A model generated the notes under the pieces. It saw nothing but the letters and a program-made list of their open reading frames with translations, searched no databases and was not told the DNA's origin. This document shows, one piece after another, positions 38,518 to 48,929 of a DNA stretch of 64,000 nt (within the stretch, counting starts at the first letter, position 1; each line of letters starts with the position of its first letter). The DNA comes from Candidatus Omnitrophota bacterium (GTDB lineage Bacteria > Omnitrophota > Gorgyraeia > Zapsychrales > Zapsychraceae). Location of the stretch: the NCBI GenBank assembly GCA_003528115.1, contig DOGZ01000017.1, positions 8,795 to 72,794 of the forward strand, in the 5' to 3' direction. A program made the position numbers and the translations under genes.

Positions 38518-38560
38518 AAGAATTCTGAAAGATGATTACCTCTAACGCTTATTTATTTTA

Positions 38561-39154
38561 ATGTCCTCAACGTATCTGATCGTAGGTCTGGGCAATCCCG
38601 GAAAAGAGTACGAATATACGCGGCATAATCTTGGTTTTTTGGTTTTACGCCGCTTGGCGGAAAAACTTAACCGTCGATTTAAAATCAGCTCTTTAACAAA
38701 TGGTTTGATGGCAGAAGGACAAATTCAAGAAAAAAACGTCTGTCTTTTGATGCCGATGACCTTTATGAATAATTCAGGGGTTGCCGTCAGCCAGGTCACG
38801 GCCAAGAAAAATGTATCCCCTAAAAACCTGCTTGTGGTGTGTGATGATTTGAATTTAAATTTTGGTCAAATCCGTTTAAGGTCTAAAGGAAGTGATGGCG
38901 GACATAACGGTCTGAATTCAGTTATTCATCACTTGGGGACAGAGGAGTTCTTGCGGTTGCGCATGGGGGTAGGACATCCGGGGCACAAGCTAGACGTTGT
39001 TGACTACGTCCTTGCTGAGTTTAAGCCAAAGGAAAAAGAATACCTAGAGAATTTTATCGGTGAGGCGACAGGGTGTTGTCTCACATGGGTAAGTGAAGGA
39101 ATAAAAAAAGGAATGGAGCAGTACAACAGAAGGAAAGAAAATGGAAAAGAGTGA
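38561..39154 (+). CDS. pth: Peptidyl-tRNA hydrolase
   Basis: VGLGNPG, TRHNLGF, TFMNNSG, GGHNG. Confidence 0.97.
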   Translation: MSSTYLIVGLGNPGKEYEYTRHNLGFLVLRRLAEKLNRRFKISSLTNGLMAEGQIQEKNVCLLMPMTFMNNSGVAVSQVTAKKNVSPKNLLVVCDDLNLNFGQIRLRSKGSDGGHNGLNSVIHHLGTEEFLRLRMGVGHPGHKLDVVDYVLAEFKPKEKEYLENFIGEATGCCLTWVSEGIKKGMEQYNRRKENGKE

Positions 39155-39476
39155 ATTAGTCAGAAAGTATGAATTGGTTGTTATTGTCGACGCAAAATTG
39201 ACACAAGAAGAAAAAGAAACCATTTACAAAGAAGCCACAGATGCCGTAACTAAAGGAGGTGCTAAAATTATTAATAATCATGTGTGGCTCGAAAAGCATA
39301 AATTTACTTTCCGTATCAAGAAGTGTCATGAAGGAACTTATTATCTGATTGCTTTTGAAGGGGAGGGTTCTGAGATTGAAAAGATCAAATCCGTGTTAAG
39401 GGTAAACGAACGCGTTCTTCGTTTTGCCATCACGCAGGGTAAGTCCCCTTATGTCGTCGAAGCGGGACGTATCTAA
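39141..39476 (+). CDS. rpsF: 30S ribosomal protein S6
   Basis: RKYELVVI...FRIKK..EGTY...NERVLR; position before ssb. Confidence 0.92.
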   Translation: MEKSELVRKYELVVIVDAKLTQEEKETIYKEATDAVTKGGAKIINNHVWLEKHKFTFRIKKCHEGTYYLIAFEGEGSEIEKIKSVLRVNERVLRFAITQGKSPYVVEAGRI

Positions 39477-39565
39477 ACAGAACAATATCAACCTTACCGA
39501 CTTTAATAGTCTTTAAGGGCGGTGGTCAATTTTAAAATGAGCGTTTGAGTTTGAAGGAGGTTAGA

Positions 39566-40006
39566 ATGGCGAATTTAAATAAAGTTTTTTTAATTGGTAA
39601 TTTAACCCGAGATCCAGAATTGCGTTACACTCCTGGAGGAACGGCAGTCGCCAATTTAGGCATAGCCGTTAACAGACGGTTTAAAGACAGTTCTGGCGAG
39701 TTAAAAGATGAAGTTTGTTTTCTTACGGTTACGGTCTGGGATAAACAGGCTGAGGCCTGCTGCCAATATTTACAGAAGGGTCGTCCTGTATTTGTGGAAG
39801 GTGTTTTACAGTCGAGATTTTGGGAGACCAGTGATGGCCAGAAGAGAAGCGCCATAGACGTGCGCGCGGAGAGAGTCCAGTTTTTAGGGAGTTACGGAGC
39901 CAGTAAAGAGAAAGATGCCGCAAAACCCGAAGAGGTGGAAATGGCTGACGTGATTAGCCAACAATCAGAAGCTATTAAACCAGATGATATTGCCTGGGAT
40001 GAATAA
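39566..40006 (+). CDS. ssb: Single-stranded DNA-binding protein
   Basis: LNKVFLIGNLTRDPELRYT; acidic tail DDIAWDE; AAGGAGG RBS. Confidence 0.97.
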   Translation: MANLNKVFLIGNLTRDPELRYTPGGTAVANLGIAVNRRFKDSSGELKDEVCFLTVTVWDKQAEACCQYLQKGRPVFVEGVLQSRFWETSDGQKRSAIDVRAERVQFLGSYGASKEKDAAKPEEVEMADVISQQSEAIKPDDIAWDE

Positions 40007-40030
40007 TTTAATTTTAAGGAGGAAAGACCG

Positions 40031-40279
40031 TTGATAAAGAATGATAATAAAAGAAGAATAATAAACCGCCAAAGAAACACGGTTAAATTTCAATTGTCCA
40101 AAGACGCTCAAATTGATTATAAAAATCTTGGGTTATTGCAAAAATATGTCAATGAGCGTGGTAAGATTGTCCCTCGACGCATATCGGGTGTGACCGCCAG
40201 GGAGCAAAGAGCGTTGGTTTTGGCCATTAAAAGAGCCAGGTTTTTAGCCCTTTTGACAACAGGCGGGGTTAAAAAATAA
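40031..40279 (+). CDS. rpsR: 30S ribosomal protein S18
   Basis: [28 protein letters not shown]. Confidence 0.95.
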   Translation: MIKNDNKRRIINRQRNTVKFQLSKDAQIDYKNLGLLQKYVNERGKIVPRRISGVTAREQRALVLAIKRARFLALLTTGGVKK

Positions 40280-40461
40280 CTGTTTATGGTGTGTGGATTT
40301 TTTCAAATCCTGGTGTGCTCGCGTCATTTCATGCCGGGGAAACGAAAAAAAATTAACACACGCTGAAAGACATAAAATTTAAAACAAAATCAGTATAATC
40401 ATTGACCCACGCGGATTAATTTATTTATGCGGAAGTCAATGGTTGATGCCGGGAGATCCTT

Positions 40462-40905
40462 ATGGAAGTAATATTGTCGCAAGATGTTCAGAAACTAGGT
40501 AAAGTCGGGGAGGTCGTCAAGGTTAAAGATGGTTATGCCCGAAATCTCCTTTTCCCCCAAAAGTTAGCCTATTTAGCCACCCCTGTAAATCTTAAAAGAA
40601 TTGAACAACTCGAGAAAAAGAGAAAGATACAGTTTGAGAAGGATAAACAAGAAGCTTTGACCTTGGCGGAAAAGTTAAATAAACTTTCCTGCACGGTGAG
40701 TGTTGAGGTGAATGATTTAGAACGCCTTTACGGATCCATCAATGAAAATGATATTGTTAAAGCCATGGAAATGGAAGGTTTTAGCATAGATAAGAAAACC
40801 ATTATTATAGAGAAACCCATTGAAGAATTAGGTATTTTTGAGGTCGGTATCAAACTTCATCCTGAAGTGATAGCCAAAATACGTCTATGGGTTACGAAGA
40901 AATAA
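40462..40905 (+). CDS. rplI: 50S ribosomal protein L9
   Basis: MEVIL...LGKVGEVVKVKDGYARN, LYGSI, KLHPEV. Confidence 0.97.
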   Translation: MEVILSQDVQKLGKVGEVVKVKDGYARNLLFPQKLAYLATPVNLKRIEQLEKKRKIQFEKDKQEALTLAEKLNKLSCTVSVEVNDLERLYGSINENDIVKAMEMEGFSIDKKTIIIEKPIEELGIFEVGIKLHPEVIAKIRLWVTKK

Positions 40906-42218
40906 GAATCCCTCCACAGAATATCGAAGCTGAGAAATCTGTTTTGGGGTCCATGCTCATCGACGAAGAGGCCATCGGTATGGCAGTCGAAATTTTGGAT
41001 GAGACATGGTTTTATGACGATGCTCACCGGAAAATTTATAAGGCCGTCATTGAGCTCTATAATAGTCATAAAAATGTCGATCTCATAACACTCTGCGACA
41101 AATTAAAAAATGATGGTCTCCTGGAACAAGTGGGAGGCGTTACCTACCTTTCAGTCCTTATCGATTTTGTTCCTACCTCCGCAAACGTTGAACATTATGC
41201 CCAGATCGTCAAAGAAAAAGGTGTTTTAAGAAGACTGATTCATAATGCCACCCAGATCGTTTCCGAAAGCTATGAAGCCAAAGGCAATGTCGAAGATGTG
41301 GTTGATCGTGCGGAGAAACTCATTTTTGAGATAGCGGATCTAAAACAAAAACAACAGTCAGTTCACATCAAAGATTTAGTGAAAGAAAGCATTGAAACCA
41401 TTGATCGGCTTTATAAAAGAAAACAGCATATTACGGGGATCGCAACGGGTTTTGAGAAATTTGACGCAATGACGTCGGGGCTTCAGAAGTCGGATTTGGT
41501 CATTGTCGCCGGACGTCCGTCAATGGGGAAAAGTGCTTTAGCCGTTTCTATGGGAGAGAAGATCGGCATTGAATTGAAAGAGGGGGTGGCGTTCTTCAGC
41601 CTTGAGATGTCCAAAGAACAGCTTGTTCAGAGAATGCTGTGTTCGCAGGCGCGTGTGGACGCGCACAAGTTAAGGTCCGGTTTTTTGTCTCCGTCGGATT
41701 GGCCGAAGTTAACGGCGGCAGCCGGGAGGCTTTCTGAATCAAAAATTTTTATAGATGACACACCGGCGATTTCCGTCTTGGAATTACGTGCTAAGGCCAG
41801 ACGTCTAAAGGCGAATTACGATATTCAACTGATTGTTTTAGATTATCTTCAATTAATGAGGAGCACGACGAAATCCGACAACCGTCAGCAGGAAATTTCC
41901 GAAATATCCCGCTCTCTTAAAGCCTTGGCGCGGGAATTAAGCGTGCCGGTCATCGCGTTAAGCCAGTTGTCACGGGCGGTTGAATCCAGACAGGATCATC
42001 GTCCTCAACTTTCTGATTTGCGAGAATCCGGCGCTATCGAACAGGACGCGGATCTGGTCGTCCTTCTTATGCGAGAAGAATATTATAATCCTACCGAGCA
42101 GAACAAGGGCGTTGCCGACGTGATTATCGCCAAACAAAGAAACGGCCCCGTGGGAACGATTAAACTTGCCTTCATCAAAGAATATATGCGGTTTGAAAAT
42201 CTTGCATATGTTGATTGA
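40887..42218 (+). CDS. dnaB: Replicative DNA helicase (no intein)
   Basis: PPQNIEAE, GRPSMGKS, SLEM, DYLQL, SDLRESGAIEQDAD, KQRNGP. Confidence 0.98.
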   Translation: MGYEEIRIPPQNIEAEKSVLGSMLIDEEAIGMAVEILDETWFYDDAHRKIYKAVIELYNSHKNVDLITLCDKLKNDGLLEQVGGVTYLSVLIDFVPTSANVEHYAQIVKEKGVLRRLIHNATQIVSESYEAKGNVEDVVDRAEKLIFEIADLKQKQQSVHIKDLVKESIETIDRLYKRKQHITGIATGFEKFDAMTSGLQKSDLVIVAGRPSMGKSALAVSMGEKIGIELKEGVAFFSLEMSKEQLVQRMLCSQARVDAHKLRSGFLSPSDWPKLTAAAGRLSESKIFIDDTPAISVLELRAKARRLKANYDIQLIVLDYLQLMRSTTKSDNRQQEISEISRSLKALARELSVPVIALSQLSRAVESRQDHRPQLSDLRESGAIEQDADLVVLLMREEYYNPTEQNKGVADVIIAKQRNGPVGTIKLAFIKEYMRFENLAYVD

Positions 42219-42243
42219 CATCTAAATTGATTGTCCGTATAAT
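42215..42243 (+). promoter_or_regulatory. Consensus sigma70 promoter of the bamA operon, overlapping the dnaB stop
   Basis: Exact TTGACA-17 nt-TATAAT. Confidence 0.85.
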
Positions 42244-42267
42244 CAGTCAAATTTGAGGGGCCAAATC

Positions 42268-44604
42268 ATGAAAAAAAATATATTTTTTATAACTTTTTTA
42301 TTTTTCAGCATCTTTCTTCCTTCCGTAAGTGTTTTCTCCCAACCCGCTTTTGAGCAGGCTGTTTCGGAGTCGGCCGTTGAAGAAACGGCAAAAGTTGTTA
42401 AGGCCATTGAAGTTAAGGGCAATAAAACTATCAGTCTCGCGACCATTCTTTCTAAGATTAAAACCCGGGTCGGTCAGGAGTACTTACAGACGGTTATCAG
42501 TGATGATTTAAAGAGATTGTACAATACCGGATTTTTTTCAGATGTTCGGGTTGATCGGCAAGATTATGAGGGGGGGCTGAAAGTTGTCATATACCTTGAT
42601 GAGAAATCTGTTATAGAAGAGGTTACTTTTTCTAAGACCCGCTATTTGAAATCGCGCGCTTTAAGTAAGAAAATCAAATCGCAGGTGGGGAAATTTCTGG
42701 ATAACAAATCTCTTGCTGATGATATAGAAACAATAAAGGACCTGTATGCTAAAAAAGGGTTAACGATGGTAGAAGTTGAACCGGAAACCTTTGTGGATGA
42801 TGTTTCCAATAAAGCCACGGTGCATTTTGTTATCCGCGAAGGGCATCGTGTTAAGATCACCCGAATTAATATTTATGGTAATGACACCTTTCGTAACAAG
42901 AAAATCCTTAAGGTGATTAAGACACGCAAGAAATCATTGTTTACGTCCGGGAATCTTAAAGAAGATGTGCTGAAAGAAGACATGGAGCGGATTACCTCTT
43001 ATTATGAGCAGGAAGGTTTTATAGATGCCAAGGCTGAGTATGCCCTCGATCATTTGGTGAAAGGGCGTTTGGCGGTGAACATTCAAATTTCTGAAGGAAA
43101 AAGATATTCCGTGGGACGTGTTAAGATCGGGGGGAACCAAGTTATCTCCGAGAAAGAGGTTCTCAAAGCCATAGAGTCTATTAAAGAAGGAAATGTTTTT
43201 AGCCGCGCCAAATTGTCCGTTGACCTGGCTAACATACGAACGCTTTATTTTGACCGCGGATATATTTTTGCCGATGTCAAAGAATCAACATCTCTTGATT
43301 CTGTAACGGGAAACGTGGAAGTCAGTATTGATATTGTGGAAGGCGGGTTGGCGTATATTGAGCAGATTAAGATCCAGGGGAACACGCGCACGCGGGATAT
43401 CGTCATCCGCCGGGAACTGAAAATGTATCCCGGAGATCGTTTTGATGGAGCTAAATTGCGTCGCAGTAAAGATCGATTGAACAATTTAGGTTATTTCGAA
43501 GACGTAAGTTTTGATGTCGAAGATACGGATACTCTTGATAGAAAAAATTTACTTGTTCAAATCAAAGAAGCCAAAACGGGAACATTCAGTTTCGGCGGCG
43601 GCTTTAGTACGGTGGATCAGATTGTCGGTTTTATTGAAGTAGAGCAAAGGAATTTTGATTTTACGAATTGGCCGACATTTACCGGTGGAGGACAGAATCT
43701 TCAATTGCGGGCAGAGACGGGGTCAACGAAAAATAATTTGATGTTAAGCTTTACGGAACCATGGCTTTTTGATTATCCTATTTCAGGAGGCTTCGACATC
43801 TTCCGGATGCAAAGGAACAGGGAGAGGGATATTGGTTATGCCTACGATGAAGAAAAAATCGGAGGGGCTCTCCGGTTCGGTAAGCAGTTCTCCGATTATC
43901 TCTCAGGAGGATTGACGTATAGAAATGAAAGAATAACCATTGAAAATTTGGAATCAGGGGTTTCGTCCGATTTGGCTTCAGAAGAAGGATCAAATACCGT
44001 CAGCACACTGGGGACGACCTTGACAAGAGACACGCGGGATAGTGTTTTTAGCCCAACGCAGGGGATTGTTCTTAATGGCGGGATTGATGTGGCTGGAGGT
44101 CCTTTGAGCGGCGACAAGGATTTTTATAGGATTCAGGGGAGGGGGAGTTATTATGTTCCCTTTAAGTTTAATTCTGTTGTAGAATTTCGTTTGCGCGGCG
44201 GCATTGTCAACGATTATGGAGATTCAGACAAGGTGCCGATTTTTGAACGTTTTTTTGCCGGCGGCGCCAAAACGATTCGTGGGTATAATGAACGTAAGGT
44301 TGGTCCATTGGATTCCAGTACGGAAGATCCAATAGGTGGAGAAAGCCTGCTCGTTGCAAATGTGGAATACACTGTTCCTATCATTGAAGCAGTAAAACTA
44401 GCGGCTTTCTTAGATACGGGTAATGTGTGGAAAGATGTTGATGATTTTGGTTCCGGTGATTTTAAATCCGGCACCGGGGTCGGGGTGAGGGTCAAAACGC
44501 CGATAGGGCCTATCAATCTGGATTATGGTTATCCATTAAGTGATGAACCGGGGGAAGAGAGCCGTTCGGGGAAATTTTATTTTAGTGTGAGCCGGGGATT
44601 CTAG
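42268..44604 (+). CDS. bamA: Outer-membrane protein assembly factor BamA
   Basis: Signal peptide, POTRA repeats (GNTRTRDIVIRRE), IRGY, TPIGP, terminal Phe. Confidence 0.96.
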   Translation: MKKNIFFITFLFFSIFLPSVSVFSQPAFEQAVSESAVEETAKVVKAIEVKGNKTISLATILSKIKTRVGQEYLQTVISDDLKRLYNTGFFSDVRVDRQDYEGGLKVVIYLDEKSVIEEVTFSKTRYLKSRALSKKIKSQVGKFLDNKSLADDIETIKDLYAKKGLTMVEVEPETFVDDVSNKATVHFVIREGHRVKITRINIYGNDTFRNKKILKVIKTRKKSLFTSGNLKEDVLKEDMERITSYYEQEGFIDAKAEYALDHLVKGRLAVNIQISEGKRYSVGRVKIGGNQVISEKEVLKAIESIKEGNVFSRAKLSVDLANIRTLYFDRGYIFADVKESTSLDSVTGNVEVSIDIVEGGLAYIEQIKIQGNTRTRDIVIRRELKMYPGDRFDGAKLRRSKDRLNNLGYFEDVSFDVEDTDTLDRKNLLVQIKEAKTGTFSFGGGFSTVDQIVGFIEVEQRNFDFTNWPTFTGGGQNLQLRAETGSTKNNLMLSFTEPWLFDYPISGGFDIFRMQRNRERDIGYAYDEEKIGGALRFGKQFSDYLSGGLTYRNERITIENLESGVSSDLASEEGSNTVSTLGTTLTRDTRDSVFSPTQGIVLNGGIDVAGGPLSGDKDFYRIQGRGSYYVPFKFNSVVEFRLRGGIVNDYGDSDKVPIFERFFAGGAKTIRGYNERKVGPLDSSTEDPIGGESLLVANVEYTVPIIEAVKLAAFLDTGNVWKDVDDFGSGDFKSGTGVGVRVKTPIGPINLDYGYPLSDEPGEESRSGKFYFSVSRGF

Positions 44605-44629
44605 AATTTTTGAGGAATCCTCAGGTAAA

Positions 44630-44660
44630 AACTCTTTAGTGTTCTAAACATTAAAGAGTT
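44630..44660. other. Intergenic hairpin between bamA and skp
   Basis: AACTCTTTAGTGTT-cta-AACATTAAAGAGTT (14-bp stem with one G-U pair). Confidence 0.5.
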
Positions 44661-44731
44661 AATTTATATGTGGAAATATCCGGATTATTTTAGGCACGAT
44701 AACTTGGTTTTTTAAAAAAAGGGAGGGGATC

Positions 44732-45253
44732 ATGAAAGGGAATCAAATTGTTCTAGGTGTTGTTCTTGTTTCTATGCTTTTTTTTACAGGAGGTAATGTC
44801 TCCGCGGAAAAGACCGACAAAAAAATAGGTTATGTGGATTTAAGTAAATTGTTCGATGAATATGAAAAAACTAAAGAATACGATAAGGTCTTAGAGACCA
44901 AAACGAAGGAATTTGAGGCTGAACGAAACGCGAAGATTGAGAAAATTCGTGAGGTTCAGGGAAAAGTAGGACTCTTGGCGGACGAAGAAAAAAAGAAAAC
45001 AGAAGAAGAAATGGAAAAACTGAAGGCGGATTTATTGGAGTTTGATCGTCAGAAAAAAACGGATTTAACAAAGGAACGTAATGAGAAAATCCGAGAGATA
45101 TTGCTTGAAATAGAAAAAATTGTTAGTGATTATGCGGAAAAGGAAAAATATTCCGTTATTCTTAATGATCGCGTTCTTATTTTTGGAGATCCCAGCATGA
45201 ATGTGACTGAAGATGTTCTGAAAGTCCTTAATGATAAATCTAAAAAGAATTAA
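44732..45253 (+). CDS. skp: OmpH/Skp periplasmic chaperone
   Basis: Signal peptide, KIGYVD, coiled coil, YSVILN...NVTEDVL; located between bamA and lpxD. Confidence 0.93.
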   Translation: MKGNQIVLGVVLVSMLFFTGGNVSAEKTDKKIGYVDLSKLFDEYEKTKEYDKVLETKTKEFEAERNAKIEKIREVQGKVGLLADEEKKKTEEEMEKLKADLLEFDRQKKTDLTKERNEKIREILLEIEKIVSDYAEKEKYSVILNDRVLIFGDPSMNVTEDVLKVLNDKSKKN

Positions 45254-45284
45254 GATTGTTATGCTGGAAATAAGTTTCTTGGTC

Positions 45285-45319
45285 AGAAAACCCAATAGCT
45301 GTTAGTTATGGGGTTTTCT
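45285..45319. terminator. Terminator-like hairpin after skp
   Basis: AGAAAACCC-AATAGCT...AGTTAT-GGGGTTTTCT dyad. Confidence 0.55.
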
Positions 45320-45414
45320 CAGTAGTAGAGGGCATCGGGCATTGTAAGAGCCGTTAAAGACGTCCGCACAAGTAACAGCTTACATGAGTTGTTTGACCTC
45401 CGATAGGATTGGAA

Positions 45415-46455
45415 ATGCACAAAACGCTAGCTGAGATAGCATCTTTAGTTGATGGAGAATTTGTCGGGGATGGGAATTTAATTTTAAGAGGGCTGAGTGG
45501 GGTCAAGGAAGCTAAAGAGGGTGACCTTACTTTTGTTGTAAATTCCAAATTTTTGTCACTCTGCAAAATAACGAAGGCCTCCGCGATCATTATCCCCAGG
45601 GACATGGAAATCACGGGTAAACCCTTCATCCGAACCGATAATCCTTCCATTGCTTTTTCGAAGATCGTTGGCATTGTTTCGGAGTGTGAGATTCCTTTCC
45701 ATCCCCAAGGGATTCATAAAACAGCTGTTATAGGTCAAGATGTGATCCTTGGAGAGAATGTGGCGGTGGGACCTTTCACTGTGATCGAACAGGGCGTGAG
45801 GATTGGGGATAATACGATTATTTATAGTGGATGTTACGTCGGGCCAAAAACAATTATAGGTCAAAATTGTTTAATTTACCCTCAGGTCACTATTAGAGAT
45901 CGTACAAGTATAGGCAGCCGGGTTATTATTCACAGTGGTACTGTAATTGGGGCCGATGGTTTTGGATATGAACAGGTGAATGGGGTTCATCAAAAAATTC
46001 CGCAAATCGGAACCGTTCAAATAGAAGATGATGTTGAGATCGGGGTGAACGTTGCCATTGATCGGGCCCGTTTCGATAAAACAATCATTGGCAAAGGGAC
46101 AAAAATTGATAATCTGGTTCAGATTGGCCATAATGTTGTGATAGGCGAAAATTGTATTATTACGGCTCAGGTGGGGATATCCGGAAGCACGACGGTGGGA
46201 AATGGGGCTATCCTAGCTGGTCAGGTCGGCGTTGTGGGGCATATAAAAATTGGTGAAGGCGCGGTCGTCGCCTCAAGGGCGGTTGTTATGAAATCTGTTC
46301 CGCCGCAGTGCATGGTTTCAGGTTTTCCAGCCAGGCCGCATGCTCAGGCAAAAAGGGTTAATGCCTGTCTGCAGAGGTTGCCCTATTATGTGCGCACGAT
46401 TCATGAATTGATGAAACGGATTGAAGAATTAGAGAAAGATATTAGTAAAAGGTAA
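45415..46455 (+). CDS. lpxD: UDP-3-O-acylglucosamine N-acyltransferase
   Basis: GADGFGY, KIPQIG, TKIDNLVQIGHN, hexapeptide repeats. Confidence 0.96.
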   Translation: MHKTLAEIASLVDGEFVGDGNLILRGLSGVKEAKEGDLTFVVNSKFLSLCKITKASAIIIPRDMEITGKPFIRTDNPSIAFSKIVGIVSECEIPFHPQGIHKTAVIGQDVILGENVAVGPFTVIEQGVRIGDNTIIYSGCYVGPKTIIGQNCLIYPQVTIRDRTSIGSRVIIHSGTVIGADGFGYEQVNGVHQKIPQIGTVQIEDDVEIGVNVAIDRARFDKTIIGKGTKIDNLVQIGHNVVIGENCIITAQVGISGSTTVGNGAILAGQVGVVGHIKIGEGAVVASRAVVMKSVPPQCMVSGFPARPHAQAKRVNACLQRLPYYVRTIHELMKRIEELEKDISKR

Positions 46456-47807
46456 TGGCCGATCGATTGGCGAATATGGTTCAGAAACAAAAGACAATAA
46501 AACAGGAATTTGTCCTCTCGGGGATTGGTCTTCACACGGGCTGCCAGGTTCATGTGAGGTTTAAACCCGCGCCTGAGAATAGTGGGATAAAATTTATCCG
46601 TGTGGATTTACCCGATCATCCGGTTATTGAAGCCTCCGCGCGCAATATTCTCATAGACACGGGGATCCCCCGGTGCACTTCCATCGGTCGAGGACCGGCG
46701 GTGATTCATACCGTTGAACATCTGATGAGCACCTTGTGCGGGATCGGTATAGAGAATTTGGTCATTGAGATTGACGCCAATGAACTTCCTGGTTTGGATG
46801 GGAGCGGTCTAGAATTTTTGAGGGCAATTAAAAAGGCGGGAATCCTTGAGCAGAACGCGGCGAGCCGTTATTATGAAATCATTGAACCCATTGGTGTCAG
46901 TGAGAATGGTTCTTCGATTTATGTCGTTCCCGCTAAAGATTTTAAAGTTTCCTATACCCTTGATTATGATAATCCGCTTTTGCGGTCCCAATTTTTTAGT
47001 GCCACTATCAACGGAGAAATGTTTGAGCGGGAGATTGCGCCGTGTCGAACGTTTTGCCTGGAAGAAGAGGCCAATGAATTAAGGGCCAGAGGATTGGGGA
47101 AAGGGGCGGATTATAAAAACACCCTGGTCGTAGGTAAAGACGGCATTAAAGAGAATAAAGTCCGTTTTCCGGATGAGTTTGCGCGGCATAAGGTGGTTGA
47201 TATTGTCGGGGATCTGTATTTGTTGGGGATGCCTATTCATGGGCATGTCTTCGCCGTAAAAAGCGGACATAATTTAAATCTCAGGCTTTTAAAGAAAATC
47301 TGGGAGCAAAAGGAGAAGTATCAAAAGAAAACCAGCGCTGTCCGTTATGAGTTGGGGGATCGAAAGGTCATAGATATCAATGGTATTATGAAAATTCTTC
47401 CTCATCGTTATCCTTTCTTGCTTGTGGATCGCGTCATTGAGATTGAAAAAGGGAAAAGAGGGATCGGCATCAAGAACGTGACGATCAATGATGGTTTCTT
47501 CCAGGGGCATTTTCCCTCCAGGCCCGTGATGCCCGGGGTGATGATGATTGAGGCCATGGCGCAGGTCGCGGGGGTTGTTATGTTGACGGATGAAGTTCAT
47601 CATGGTAAAGTAGCCTTTTTCATGGCGGTAGATAATGTGAAATTTCGCAAGGTTGTGGTGCCCGGGGATCAACTGGAGATGGAAATCGAAGTTGTTAAAG
47701 AGAAATCGCGTATTGCCCAAATACATGCCACCTCAAAAGTGGATGGGGAACTCGTTGCTGAAGCCGATATGGTGTTTTCATTTACTGACGCCGCGTATTT
47801 AGATTAA
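46455..47807 (+). CDS. lpxC-fabZ: Fused LpxC deacetylase / FabZ dehydratase
   Basis: GIGLHTG, TVEH, DGS, RHKVVD, then LPHRYPFLLVDR and GHFP..PVMPGV in one frame. Confidence 0.96.
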   Translation: MADRLANMVQKQKTIKQEFVLSGIGLHTGCQVHVRFKPAPENSGIKFIRVDLPDHPVIEASARNILIDTGIPRCTSIGRGPAVIHTVEHLMSTLCGIGIENLVIEIDANELPGLDGSGLEFLRAIKKAGILEQNAASRYYEIIEPIGVSENGSSIYVVPAKDFKVSYTLDYDNPLLRSQFFSATINGEMFEREIAPCRTFCLEEEANELRARGLGKGADYKNTLVVGKDGIKENKVRFPDEFARHKVVDIVGDLYLLGMPIHGHVFAVKSGHNLNLRLLKKIWEQKEKYQKKTSAVRYELGDRKVIDINGIMKILPHRYPFLLVDRVIEIEKGKRGIGIKNVTINDGFFQGHFPSRPVMPGVMMIEAMAQVAGVVMLTDEVHHGKVAFFMAVDNVKFRKVVVPGDQLEMEIEVVKEKSRIAQIHATSKVDGELVAEADMVFSFTDAAYLD

Positions 47808-47883
47808 GGTTCGTTTTTGTTGAAAAATTTAGAGCAAACAGACACGGCGTCATGTGTTAGAAATAGGAAGCGCGGAGTATATT

Positions 47884-48669
47884 ATGGAAAATATAAACGT
47901 TCATAAAACAGCTATCATTCATGCCGGGGCCAAATTGTCTCCGGGAGTTAGTGTCGGGCCTTATTCTGTAATAGAGAGTAATGTCACCCTGGGAGATAAT
48001 GTTCTTATTGGAACTCATTGCGTCATTACCGGCAAAACAACGATTGGACGGAATTGTAAGATTTATTCCGGCGCTGTGGTCGGCAGCGCGCCGCAGGATA
48101 AGAAACATTCAACCGATGATAATGTTTTCTTGAATATCGGTGAAAATAATACGATCCGAGAATACGTCACGATTAATCCCGGGACCGTCGATGGAGGAAG
48201 CAAAACGGTTATTGGAAATGATAATCTCTTTATGGCTTACTCCCATATCGCCCATGACTGTATTATAGGGAATCATTGTGTGATGGCCAACGCGGCCACG
48301 CTGGGAGGACATGTCACCCTGGAAGATAACACGATGATTGGAGGATTAAGTGCCGTTCATCAATTTGTCCGGTTGGGGCGTCTTTGTATTGTGGGAGGAT
48401 GTTCAAAGGTGGTTCAAGACGTGCCGCCTTTTTCTATGTGCGATGGTCATCCGGCCTCAGTGACGAGCGTCAATAGTGTTGGACTAAAACGGGCGCGTGT
48501 TTCCTCAGAGACAAGCCGTTTGCTCAAAAAGGCTTTTAAAATTTTATTTCGTTCAGGCCTTGCCAGAAAACACGCCTTAGAGATTATCGCACGTGAACTT
48601 AATTCCTGCCCGGAACTGGAGCATCTCATATTTTTTTTCAAGACCTCGGAGAGAGGTGTTTGCGGTTAA
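47884..48669 (+). CDS. lpxA: UDP-N-acetylglucosamine acyltransferase
   Basis: PQDKK, IREYVTI, HIAHDC, GHV, VHQF, DVPPF, SERG. Confidence 0.96.
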   Translation: MENINVHKTAIIHAGAKLSPGVSVGPYSVIESNVTLGDNVLIGTHCVITGKTTIGRNCKIYSGAVVGSAPQDKKHSTDDNVFLNIGENNTIREYVTINPGTVDGGSKTVIGNDNLFMAYSHIAHDCIIGNHCVMANAATLGGHVTLEDNTMIGGLSAVHQFVRLGRLCIVGGCSKVVQDVPPFSMCDGHPASVTSVNSVGLKRARVSSETSRLLKKAFKILFRSGLARKHALEIIARELNSCPELEHLIFFFKTSERGVCG

Positions 48670-48727
48670 CGGAGTTCCAGATGCGTCGTTTCCGGTAAAA
48701 TTCAGGTCAAGTCACAATCTCACGAAA

Positions 48728-48929
48728 CCATTTGGGGCATTATTTATCTAAGACCTTCGCGATCGCGGTTAATTCTTTTTTTTTAGGGCTGTGTACCGTG
48801 CTCCAACCTTCTCGCCTTGAGGCCCGAAACCGCGCGCGGCCCCCAGACATAAAAATTCAACCGATTCAAACGCGAAAGTCTTGAAAAGAATGTCCTTTTC
48901 AGGTGGCCGTTTGGGTTGCGGCTTTTTTT
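48728..48929 (+). ncRNA. Candidate structured RNA (long irregular hairpin plus terminator-like hairpin); family unassigned
   Basis: Nested helices GGGCATT/AATGTCC, AAGACCTTCGCG/CGCGAAAGTCTT, CGGTT/AACCG, GGGCTGTGT/GCGCGGCCC (G-U pairs favour the + strand); then GGCCGT/GCGGCT and a T-run. Confidence 0.45.

Noticed and set aside
40887-42218. Intein in dnaB, or programmed frameshift/recoding in the core genes
   Set aside because: DnaB has normal length, and the recognised genes read through in single frames with standard stops.
32500-46500. Apparently lower GC in the core-gene block
   Set aside because: An impression by eye, not computed. The genes are vertically inherited housekeeping genes, so there is no case for horizontal transfer.
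46455-47807. LpxC-FabZ fusion as a novelty
   Set aside because: The fusion is already known in Bacteroidota, Chlorobi and several other phyla.
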